DNA from: an uncultured delta proteobacterium
GTDB lineage: Bacteria > Myxococcota_A > Polyangia > Polyangiales > Polyangiaceae
Assembly: GCA_963850305.1 (NCBI GenBank)
Contig: CAWKKR010000008.1
Coordinates: forward strand, 1,632,001-1,696,000
Direction: 5' to 3'
DNA: 64,000 bases
The translations under genes were made by a program, and so were the position numbers. Of this stretch, positions 52,950 through 61,331 are shown piece by piece; the stretch's first letter is position 1, and each line of letters opens with the position of its first letter. Under the pieces are notes generated by a model that saw only the letters and a list, made by a program, of their open reading frames with translations, was not told the origin of the DNA and did no database searches.

Positions 52950-53519
52950 TCACTTCGTGCAGATCAAGTTGGTGCACGCGGTGAAGCCGCAGGTTGCGGC
53001 GTTCGCGTGGTAGAGAAAACAGTCGAAGATATCGAAGCACGTCTCGTTGGCGCATTCGTCCGCGCCGCCGGCCCCCGCCGTGCCGCCAGCCTCTGCGCCG
53101 CCGCTCGAAATGGCCCCGCCGGCCGCCACGTAGCCGCCAGTTCCGTAGCCGCCAGTTCCGTAGCCGCCAGTTCCGTAGCCGCCAGTTCCGTAGCCGCCAG
53201 CGGCGCCACCGGAAGCAATGGAACCACCGACGCCGCTGTCACCGCCGCCGTTCTGCCCGCCACTCGAGTCGTAGCCGCCACTCGAGTCGTAGCCACCGCT
53301 CGAGTTGGTGTACCCACCGCTCGAGTCGTAGCCACCGCTCGAGTTGGTGTACCCGCCGCTCGAGCTGTAGCCGCCGCTCGAGCTGGTGTACCCGCCGCTC
53401 GTGAGATACGAGCTGTAACCCCCCGTATCGGACGTCTGCTCGCCGCTGTTGCCACCGCCGCAGCCGGCCAGAATCAGTAGAGCGAGGGAGCCCGTGAGCA
53501 CCGGACCTGGGAAGCGCAT
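52950..53519 (-). CDS. Gly/Ser/Tyr repeat lipoprotein with a small C-terminal Cys-rich domain
   Basis: Lipobox LAGC; SSGGY and GGYGT repeats; C-terminal Cys cluster. Confidence 0.8.
   Translation of the reverse strand: MRFPGPVLTGSLALLILAGCGGGNSGEQTSDTGGYSSYLTSGGYTSSSGGYSSSGGYTNSSGGYDSSGGYTNSSGGYDSSGGYDSSGGQNGGGDSGVGGSIASGGAAGGYGTGGYGTGGYGTGGYGTGGYVAAGGAISSGGAEAGGTAGAGGADECANETCFDIFDCFLYHANAATCGFTACTNLICTK
53130..53200. repeat. 15-bp perfect tandem repeat, about 4.7 copies (GTAGCCGCCAGTTCC)
   Basis: Units at 53130, 53145, 53160, 53175, partial at 53190. Confidence 0.95.
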
Positions 53520-53684
53520 TGCCAGTGCTTTGTACGATAAGCGCAAGTCACGGTCCACCGGCGATGGGCCTTCTCGGGGCCAAACGGCGGACCTCGACGC
53601 GCCGAACCGCGAGGGTGCCGGCGAGGGCATCCTCGCGGCGATTCGAACTGACACTCCCCCCGCAGGGGCAGTGCCGTTAGACGA

Positions 53685-55091
53685 TTACTGGCAGTATTTC
53701 GTGCCGATCACGGTGGGCGAGGCGCCGCAGGTTTGACCGGCAGCGCAGTCGGCGGCGCTGCTGCAGAGCACGTACTTGCCCGTGCCCGTGCAGGTGTCGG
53801 CGCACGCGGTGTCGGTGAGCTGGGGGATGCCGCCGCCCGGGCCGCCACCTGTCGTCGTGGTGCCGCAGCACACCTGGCCGGGGCAGTCGCTCGCCGCCGT
53901 GCAGGCGACCGGGACGGCGCCCCCGGTGCACTGGGCGAGGCAAGAGTAGCTTGTGATGAAGCCGAAGCCGCCACCCGCGGTGACACCGCAGCACTTCTGG
54001 TTCGCGCCGCAGCTCGCGTCGTTCTGACAGCCGATGGTGACGGCGCCGTTGCCGCAGGCTGCTGACGAGCAAGTGTAGGTCGCAGCCGCGCCCTGTCCGA
54101 ATGCCGGCGTGTAGCAGCACGCTTGGCCGCTTCCGCACGTTTGACCGCCGCACGCCACGCCGCTCCCGTTGCAGCTGGCACCGACGCATGCCGCGCAGGT
54201 ATTGGTCGTCGTATCGCAATCCGGGCGACCGGTGACGTTCGCGCAATCGGCGTTGGCCTTGCATTGAACGCACGTGTTGGTCGTCGTGTTGCAGGCAGGG
54301 CGGCCGGTGACGTTCGCACAATCGCCGTCGGCCTCGCACTGGACGCAGGTGCCGGTTGCCGTGTCGCAGACGGCGCCGGCGGCGCCCGCGCCGCCGCAGT
54401 TCGCGTTGCCGAGGCACTGGACGCAGACCGCTCGGGTGGTGTCGCAGTAGGCCGTGGGTGCCCGGCACGTCGCGCTCGACGTGCACTTGTCCACACAAGC
54501 GTGCGTGGTCGTGTTGCAGATCTGTCCGCCGGTGCAGTCGCCGTCCCCGGTACATGCGACGCAGGTGTCCGTGGTGGTGTCGCAGTGCGTGCGTCCACCC
54601 GCTTGTCCCGTGCAGTCCGCTTCCGCCGTGCATTGAACGCAGGTGTGATTCTTGGTGTCGCAGGCGGGCGTTGCGCCCCTGCAATTCGCGTTGCCCGCGC
54701 ACTCGACGCAGGTGCCACCCACGCAGTATCCCGTCGGTGCACTGCAGTCCTGGTCGCCGCTGCAAGTGTTCGCCGCCGCGCCGCCCGCGCCCGCGTTCCC
54801 GGCGCCTCCGGTTCCGATGCCTCCGTCAGCACCTCCGGTTCCGCCGGTTGCCACGCCCCCGCCCGTCGAGCCGAGCGCTCCACCGGCGCCCACGGTGGTA
54901 CCCCCCTGTCCAGTGGCGCCGCCCAGCGAGCTCCCGCCGGAGCCGGGTACTGCACCGCCACCGTCCGTTCCGGCACCGCCGTTGTTGCCGCCGGCGGAGT
55001 TCGTACTCGAACCGCCGCACGCTGCGACCGCGCCGCCGAGAACCGCCATGCAGACCCAAGCCAGACGAATGGAGCCGTTGGAAAGCATCAT
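53685..55091 (-). CDS. Cys-rich repeat lipoprotein
   Basis: Lipobox VAAC; Gly linker; repeated CDTxTxTCVQCxxxxDC units. Confidence 0.85.
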   Translation of the reverse strand: MMLSNGSIRLAWVCMAVLGGAVAACGGSSTNSAGGNNGGAGTDGGGAVPGSGGSSLGGATGQGGTTVGAGGALGSTGGGVATGGTGGADGGIGTGGAGNAGAGGAAANTCSGDQDCSAPTGYCVGGTCVECAGNANCRGATPACDTKNHTCVQCTAEADCTGQAGGRTHCDTTTDTCVACTGDGDCTGGQICNTTTHACVDKCTSSATCRAPTAYCDTTRAVCVQCLGNANCGGAGAAGAVCDTATGTCVQCEADGDCANVTGRPACNTTTNTCVQCKANADCANVTGRPDCDTTTNTCAACVGASCNGSGVACGGQTCGSGQACCYTPAFGQGAAATYTCSSAACGNGAVTIGCQNDASCGANQKCCGVTAGGGFGFITSYSCLAQCTGGAVPVACTAASDCPGQVCCGTTTTGGGPGGGIPQLTDTACADTCTGTGKYVLCSSAADCAAGQTCGASPTVIGTKYCQ

Positions 55092-55148
55092 CGGGACCTC
55101 GCTCGAAAAGAGAGATCCAGATTTCACCTCAATCTTCGGCCCGCGTCG

Positions 55149-55670
55149 CTACCCAATGGACTCGACCCCTCGGATCTGAAGCAAATTGAGCTCTGAAGCA
55201 CCCGCACGTTTTTTCCTACAACCGATTTTTCTAGGGAGCATGGACTCATATCTAGGGCGACCGCTGGCGAGCACCGCTTCCAGTGCGCCAACCATCGCGG
55301 GACCGACCGTCTTCAGCTGATCGCGATGGAGTGTGGATAGCCGGACGAGGAGTGTCATGCCTCGTGCGGTCAGCCGCAGGAGGACTTCGCGCCGGTCCGG
55401 AGACGTGCGGTCGCGCCGCAAGAGTCCCTGTGCCTCGAGCTTGTCCACGAGGGCGACGGTGGTGTGATGCTGCACGCAGAGTCGTTCGGCGACGGCGCCG
55501 ATCGTTGGCCGCTGGTTCGCGGGCAAGCCGCGGAGCGCGAGGAGCAATTGATGTTGCTGAGGTTCGATACCCGCCTCGCGCGCGGCGCGCTCGCTGAACG
55601 CCAGGAACTTGCGGATCTCGTAACGGAAGGTCGCGAGCGCCCGGTAGTCGGAGGTCGAGACTCTCGGCAT
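55149..55670 (-). CDS. MarR-family transcriptional regulator
   Basis: PQQHQLLLAL, TIGAVAERL, LVDKLE..GL, DRREVLLRLT; start overlaps the upstream stop (TGATG). Confidence 0.9.
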   Translation of the reverse strand: MPRVSTSDYRALATFRYEIRKFLAFSERAAREAGIEPQQHQLLLALRGLPANQRPTIGAVAERLCVQHHTTVALVDKLEAQGLLRRDRTSPDRREVLLRLTARGMTLLVRLSTLHRDQLKTVGPAMVGALEAVLASGRPRYESMLPRKIGCRKKRAGASELNLLQIRGVESIG

Positions 55671-57100
55671 CAGCTGGCCGCCTCGAGAGCGACGGGTTTC
55701 TTCAGACTCGCGATGAGCTGGCCGAGCTCGCTCTTGCATGAGCCGCACCCGGTGCCCGCCCGGGTGACCTCGCCGAGCGCGGCGACCGAGTCCGCTCCGC
55801 GGTCGATGGCTTCGCGCAGCACGCTCTCACTGACTCGCTGGCAATTGCACACCACGCGATCGAGTCCGGACGCTCGATCCCGCACCTTGCAGAGCACGGC
55901 CAGCGGATCGTCGGGCAATAGATCCCCGCGATCGAAGATCTGCACGAGCTCCGCCGTCGCGGTGGTGTTGCCGACCAGCATGGCGCCGACGAGCTGCCCG
56001 TCGCGTACGATGAGTTTGCGGTACGCGCTGCGCCGATCTTCGATGATCTGGAACACCTCGTCGCTTTCGAGCTCGGCCTCGAGGCTGCCCATCGAGGCGA
56101 CGTCGACGCCCGCGACCTTCAGGCGCGTGTAGAGCTTGGTTCCGCCGTATCGGGACAGCGGCTTCATCCCGCTGAGCACGTCGGAAAGAACGCTCGCCTG
56201 CTCCCAGACGGGAGTCACGATGCCGTAAGTCCTGCCACGGTGTTCCGCGCATTCGCCGAACGCGTACACGGACGCGACGGGCGTCGCGAGCACGTCGTTC
56301 ACGACGATTCCCTTGTTGACGGGGAGCGCGGAGGCTTTCGCTACGTCGACGCGCGGTCGCACGCCGCACGCGAGCACGATCATGTCCGCCGATAGGGTCG
56401 TGCCATCGTCGAGGACGACGCCCTGGATGCGCTCCTCGCCGTACACGGCTTCGACAGTCCTGCCGATGCGCACGAATACGCCGGCTTTTTCGATCTGGCG
56501 CCGCAGCATCTCGCCGCCGATTCCATCGAGCTGGGTGTTCATGAGTGTCTGGGCGACGTGAACGACCGTGACGTGCAGACCGAGGTCGACGAGCACCTTG
56601 GCCGCTTCCAGTCCGAGCAGCCCCCCGCCGAGCACGACGGCCGCGTCACCCGGGCGTGCATGCGTGCGCATGCGGATGCAGTCGCCGATCGTTCGATAGA
56701 CGAATCCTCCGCGGCGCAGCTCACCGTCTTCGCCGAGCAGGCCTTCCAGCGGCGGGACCAGGGGTTGGCTACCCGTCGCCAGCACGGCGAGGTCATAGCG
56801 GCGAGTGAGTCCGTCTTCCGTCTCGACGTTCTTCCGCAGCGTGTCGAGTCGCTTCACACGCGTCGTCGCGAGGAGACGCATCCCGTGACGGTCGTACCAC
56901 TCCGGTGTCTTCGTCACGATCGAGCTCGGGTCGTCGCCGCCGAGCACCTTGCCGAGCTGGATGCGGTTGTATGCGCCGCCCCGCTCTTCTCCGTACACCG
57001 TGACGTCGTAGAGCTCGTGACCGCCGCGGGCGACGAGCTCGTCCAGGAGCCGGCACGTGCCCATGCCGTTTCCAATGATGGCCAACCGTTTCTTGGACAT
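55670..57100 (-). CDS. NAD(P)H/FAD electron-transfer subunit with BFD-like [2Fe-2S] domain (NasB-like, short NirB homolog)
   Basis: IIGNGM, YNRI, LATGS, GGGLLGLEAA, FGECAEH, CNC...AGTGCGSC; no siroheme domain. Confidence 0.88.
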   Translation of the reverse strand: MSKKRLAIIGNGMGTCRLLDELVARGGHELYDVTVYGEERGGAYNRIQLGKVLGGDDPSSIVTKTPEWYDRHGMRLLATTRVKRLDTLRKNVETEDGLTRRYDLAVLATGSQPLVPPLEGLLGEDGELRRGGFVYRTIGDCIRMRTHARPGDAAVVLGGGLLGLEAAKVLVDLGLHVTVVHVAQTLMNTQLDGIGGEMLRRQIEKAGVFVRIGRTVEAVYGEERIQGVVLDDGTTLSADMIVLACGVRPRVDVAKASALPVNKGIVVNDVLATPVASVYAFGECAEHRGRTYGIVTPVWEQASVLSDVLSGMKPLSRYGGTKLYTRLKVAGVDVASMGSLEAELESDEVFQIIEDRRSAYRKLIVRDGQLVGAMLVGNTTATAELVQIFDRGDLLPDDPLAVLCKVRDRASGLDRVVCNCQRVSESVLREAIDRGADSVAALGEVTRAGTGCGSCKSELGQLIASLKKPVALEAAS

Positions 57101-57106
57101 CGCCGT

Positions 57107-59236
57107 TCACCCCTGGCTCTCGAGACGAGGATTGAGGGCGCGGGCTCGCACCGCGCAGACTTTGAACTCGGGCATTCGACTCGTAGGGTCGAGCGCCGGG
57201 ATCGTGAGCACGTTCGCCGCTTGCTTTCCGCCCCAGTGAAATGGCGCGAACAGGGTGTCCCGGCGAATGTCGGGGGAGACCGTCGCGGAGAAGCGAACCT
57301 CGCCCCGACGGCTCTGAACCAGCACGGCATCGCCCTCTGCCACTCCGAGGTGTGTCGCGAGTTCGGGATTCATTTCCAGGCGCGGTTCGCCCTTCGCGGC
57401 GACGAGCTCGGGGACGCGACGCGTTTGCGCCCCGGAGTTGTAGTGTTCCTTGTATCGCCCCGTCGTGAAGTAGAGCGGGTACTCGTCGTCGGGCACTTCC
57501 GCGGCCGGGCGGTACCTCACCGGGTGAAAGCGCGCGAGCCCCGACGGATGCGCGAAGCGCTCCTCGAAGAGCCGCGGCGTCCCCGGGTGATCGAGCGCCG
57601 GACAGGGCCAAAAAACCCCATTCTGTTCCTTCAACTTCTCGTAAGTGATGCCGCTGTAGTCGGCGAGCCCGCCCGCGGTCGCGCGCCGGAACTCGTCGAA
57701 GACCTCTCGGGAGGATTCGAACGAAAACCCTCGGGTGCAGCCGAGTCGTGACGCGAGCGCACACAGCACCTCGATATCGGTCCTCACGGAAGGGGGCGGC
57801 GCTTGCACGCGCTGCCTCAGGAGGACGCGCCCCTCGAGGTTCGTCATGGTTCCCTCTTCCTCGGCCCAGGCCGTGGTCGGCAGCACGACGTGCGCGGCGG
57901 CGGAGGTTTCGTTCTCGAAGGCGTCCGCGACGACGAGTAGCTCCAGCGATTCCAGCCGCCGGATGACGTGCGACGCGTTCGGCGACGCCACGGCGACGTT
58001 CGAGCCGAAGACCAGGAGCGCTCGGACGCCACCTTCGGGACCGAGCGCGTCGAGCAACTCGTACGCGCTCTTCCCCTTGCGGGGGAGGTCATCGGGCAGG
58101 ATTGCCCACACTCGCGCGATCTGTTCGCGATGCGCCGAGTCTTCGATCAGACGATACCCGGGGAGCTGATCCGCTTTCTGTCCGTGCTCGCGTCCGCCTT
58201 GACCGTTGCCCTGACCGGTCAGACAGCCATAGCCGCTCGCGGGCTTCCCGACCTTGCCGAGGGCGAGCATCAGGTTGATGAGCGCGAGCACCGTATCCGT
58301 GCCCTTCGACTGCTGTTCTGCGCCGCGACCCGACAGCACCATGCTGGCTTCGGCGGCTGCGAGCATGCGGACGGCCGCGAGCTGATGCTCGATCGGAACG
58401 CCGGTGAGCCGCTCCACGAACGCCGGCTGGCTCGTGAGCACGCCGCGCCGCACGTCGTCGAAGCCCTCCGTCCGCCGCTCGATGTAATCGTGGTCGACGA
58501 GTTTTTCTTCGATTGCCAGATGAAGGAGACCGTTGGCGAGCGCGAGATCAGTCCCCGGCGTCAGCTGCAGGTGAAGCGTTGCGGCCCGCGCGGTGTCTGT
58601 GCGCCGTGGATCGACGACGATGAGGTCGCCGCCGCGGTTCTTCTGCTCGAAGATCCACTGCATGATTGGCGGCATCGTCTCGGCGCAGTTCGAGCCCCAG
58701 AGCATGAGCGCGCCCGTGCTCGCGATGTCTTCGACCGGGAACGGCAACCCGCGGTCGATGCCGAACGCGCGATTCTGCCCCGCCGCCGCGGAGGCCATGC
58801 AGTAGCGACCGTTGTAGTCGATGTTCGGTGACCGGAGCGCGACGCGCACGAACTTGCCGAGCAAGTAAGCCTTTTCGTTCGTCAGGGCGCCGCTACCGAA
58901 TGCGGCCAGGGCTTCGGGACCATGTCGATCGCGGAGCGTTTTCAGTTTCTCCGCGACGAAGTCGAGCGCGGTGTCCCAGTCGACGGGTTCGAGTGTGCCG
59001 CGCTTCGCCCTGAGGAGGGGACCGCGGAGCCTCGCTTCGTGTCCGGCGAGCGCGCCGGCCGTGAAGCCCTTGATGCACATCTGCCCGCGATTGACGGGGA
59101 ATTCGGGATCGGCGCGCACGTCGAGGGGGCGCCCGTCCGCTGGGGTCACCAGCATGCCGCACTGGAACGCGCAATACGGGCAGTGAGTTTTCGTCGTCGT
59201 CGAACGGGGGCTCGCTAGCGACGCGCTTCCAGCCAT
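57107..59236 (-). CDS. nasC: Assimilatory nitrate reductase catalytic molybdopterin subunit (NasC/NarB-like)
   Basis: THCPYCAFQC...CIKG, NGRYCMASA, TGQGNGQGGRE, GTMTNLEGR, LDPTSRMPEFK. Confidence 0.92.
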   Translation of the reverse strand: MAGSASLASPRSTTTKTHCPYCAFQCGMLVTPADGRPLDVRADPEFPVNRGQMCIKGFTAGALAGHEARLRGPLLRAKRGTLEPVDWDTALDFVAEKLKTLRDRHGPEALAAFGSGALTNEKAYLLGKFVRVALRSPNIDYNGRYCMASAAAGQNRAFGIDRGLPFPVEDIASTGALMLWGSNCAETMPPIMQWIFEQKNRGGDLIVVDPRRTDTARAATLHLQLTPGTDLALANGLLHLAIEEKLVDHDYIERRTEGFDDVRRGVLTSQPAFVERLTGVPIEHQLAAVRMLAAAEASMVLSGRGAEQQSKGTDTVLALINLMLALGKVGKPASGYGCLTGQGNGQGGREHGQKADQLPGYRLIEDSAHREQIARVWAILPDDLPRKGKSAYELLDALGPEGGVRALLVFGSNVAVASPNASHVIRRLESLELLVVADAFENETSAAAHVVLPTTAWAEEEGTMTNLEGRVLLRQRVQAPPPSVRTDIEVLCALASRLGCTRGFSFESSREVFDEFRRATAGGLADYSGITYEKLKEQNGVFWPCPALDHPGTPRLFEERFAHPSGLARFHPVRYRPAAEVPDDEYPLYFTTGRYKEHYNSGAQTRRVPELVAAKGEPRLEMNPELATHLGVAEGDAVLVQSRRGEVRFSATVSPDIRRDTLFAPFHWGGKQAANVLTIPALDPTSRMPEFKVCAVRARALNPRLESQG

Positions 59237-59295
59237 GCGTCGACGAATCTAGCCGCGGTCACGTTTCGCGCCGGTGTCCCCGACGATTAAATTTC

Positions 59296-59324
59296 ATCGA
59301 TCGTCGATACTATCGTCGATCGAT
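59296..59324. promoter_or_regulatory. Near-perfect 14-1-14 inverted repeat containing two ATCG-N5-CGAT sites; candidate operator
   Basis: ATCGATCGTCGATA-C-TATCGTCGATCGAT in the divergent intergenic region. Confidence 0.55.
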
Positions 59325-59470
59325 ATCCGCGCGTTCGGCGAGCGCGACACGTCGAGACGTCGATGTCCGAACGTGCGCACATCGGTGACGAGGAGACCGA
59401 GATCACTCACGGTCACTTGGTGGAAACATTCACGCAAGCGAAGCGCGCGACAATCTTGTCACTCCCGCCA

Positions 59471-61039
59471 ATGAAGAGAGCCCTCGCTTTCGAGCCTCTG
59501 GAACGTTCCGGCCGCGCGTTGCTTCCGCCGACACCCGCCTCCGAACAGCTGCTCGCGGTTGCCGAGATCGGGCGGGAGCTCGCTCAAGCGGACGATCCGG
59601 AGTTCCGCCTTTCGCGCAGCCTGCGAGCGCTCGAGCGACGACTCGGTGCGACCCGGAGCGTGGTCTACCTCGTCGACCACGAACGACGGTCGCTCGTGGT
59701 CGAAGCCGCGCACGGCATCGAGACACAGCAATTTCGGCCTCGCTACGGGCGCGGTGTCGCGGGGCGGGTTGCCGCGGGTGGACAGCCCGTCATCGTACCG
59801 GTGGTCCGACACGACGCCATGGCGCTCTCCGAATTGTCCGACGTGACGCGCTGGTCCGAGGCAGGCTGGAACCTCGTGGCCGTGCCCGTCGCACCGGGCG
59901 GGCCGCGAACGGCGGTCCTCTGTGCCTATTTCCGCCATCGAGACTCGAGCGGCTTCGCCGGGCGAATCGGCGCGCTGGACGTCGCGGGCGCGCTCATCTG
60001 GAAAGCCGTCCTCGGAAAGGGAGGGCCCGCGCCGCGCGTGACGCCGCCGGTGAAAGAGGGGAGTCCGCGGGCCACGCCGGCAGCGTTCGAGTACGCCAAC
60101 ATGATCGGCGCCAGCCAGCCGATGCTGCAGCTGTACGAGCAGGTCGGCCAGGTGGCGCGCACCAACGCGACCGCGCTGTTACTCGGTGAGTCCGGCACGG
60201 GGAAAGAGCTCGTAGCCCAGGCGATCCACCGCAACTCACCGCGGGCCGCGATGCCGTTCGTGAAGGTCAACTGCGCGGCGCTCCCGGACACGCTCTTCGA
60301 GTCCGAGCTGTTCGGGCACGAAAAGGGAGCGTTCACGGGGGCCCTCACCCGCCGCAAGGGACGCTTCGAGCTTGCTCAGGGCGGCACGCTGTTCCTCGAC
60401 GAGATCGGAGAGCTGACGCTTCAAGCACAAGCCAAGCTGCTTCGGGCGTTGCAGTTCCGCGAGTTCGAGCGCCTCGGTGGGACCGAGACGCTCCGCACCG
60501 ACGTGCGCGTCGTGGCCGCGACGAACCTCGATCTGGAGCAGGCCGTGCGCCAGGGCAGGTTCCGGGAGGATCTCTTCTACCGGATCAACGTATTCACCCT
60601 GGCCTTGCCGCCCCTCCGGGAGAGAAAGGCCGACATCCCGGCGCTCTCGGAGTACTTCGTGGCGCGGCTGGCGGCGGAGCACAGCCGCCGGATCAGTCGA
60701 GTCTCGAGCGCCGCGCTCGACGTTCTCAAGGAGCACTCCTGGCCAGGCAACGTGCGCGAACTCGAGAACGTCATCGAACGGGCCGTGGTCGTCTGCGACG
60801 GGGAGGTGATTCAGGAGCGCCACCTACCGCTCCCGGTGCGGGCAAACGAGCAAGTAGCGGGGGACCGCGTGACGCTCGACGAAGCGGTCGAACGGCTCGA
60901 ACGCCGCCTGGTGGAGGCCGCGCTTCGTGACGAGAAGGGCAGCATAAGCGGCGCCGCGCGGCTGCTGGGGACGACGGAACGGATCCTTCGTTACAAGATC
61001 CGCAAGCTGAGGCTCGATGCCGCGCGCTTTCGCGCGTGA
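59471..61039 (+). CDS. Sigma-54 enhancer-binding protein, GAF-AAA-HTH (NifA-like architecture)
   Basis: GAF region (GVAGRV), GESGTGKE, GAFTGA, LFLDEIG, WPGNVREL, C-terminal HTH. Confidence 0.93.
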   Translation: MKRALAFEPLERSGRALLPPTPASEQLLAVAEIGRELAQADDPEFRLSRSLRALERRLGATRSVVYLVDHERRSLVVEAAHGIETQQFRPRYGRGVAGRVAAGGQPVIVPVVRHDAMALSELSDVTRWSEAGWNLVAVPVAPGGPRTAVLCAYFRHRDSSGFAGRIGALDVAGALIWKAVLGKGGPAPRVTPPVKEGSPRATPAAFEYANMIGASQPMLQLYEQVGQVARTNATALLLGESGTGKELVAQAIHRNSPRAAMPFVKVNCAALPDTLFESELFGHEKGAFTGALTRRKGRFELAQGGTLFLDEIGELTLQAQAKLLRALQFREFERLGGTETLRTDVRVVAATNLDLEQAVRQGRFREDLFYRINVFTLALPPLRERKADIPALSEYFVARLAAEHSRRISRVSSAALDVLKEHSWPGNVRELENVIERAVVVCDGEVIQERHLPLPVRANEQVAGDRVTLDEAVERLERRLVEAALRDEKGSISGAARLLGTTERILRYKIRKLRLDAARFRA

Positions 61040-61267
61040 GCCGACGACCCGTACCACGCCTTCGATTCCAGGCGCGCAGACCGGGTGCGCCGGGATGGTC
61101 CTGCGCGATGTTTCATGCCGAAACACGAGCCGATCTATGGCCAGTTCACATTTTTGTCGGACCCCCCGGAAGCCCTCCGACGAAATTGTCTCGAGCCCCA
61201 AAGCGGCAGTTTTCACCGGTGTTTCGCGGCTCTCGAAACGCCGGGCGATTCGAGAAAGCGCTGCGTG

Positions 61268-61283
61268 AGGCACGCTCGTTGCA
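61268..61283 (+). promoter_or_regulatory. Sigma-54 promoter of the hemD-barrel-nirB operon
   Basis: AGGCACG-CTCG-TTGCA, GG-N10-GC. Confidence 0.8.
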
Positions 61284-61331
61284 AATCGTCACCTTCAGGA
61301 TGGCCTTCCCAACACGTGCTCGTTTCCTTGA

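Noticed and set aside
53130..53400. Short regular repeats suggesting a CRISPR array
   Set aside because: In-frame coding repeats with no unique spacers and no cas genes.
61061..61083. TTCGATTCCAGGCGC resembles the tRNA-Gln 3' end (51411-51433), a possible attR
   Set aside because: Only 10 contiguous identical bases, no integrase present, and the boundary would split the activator from its adjacent promoter; probably chance.
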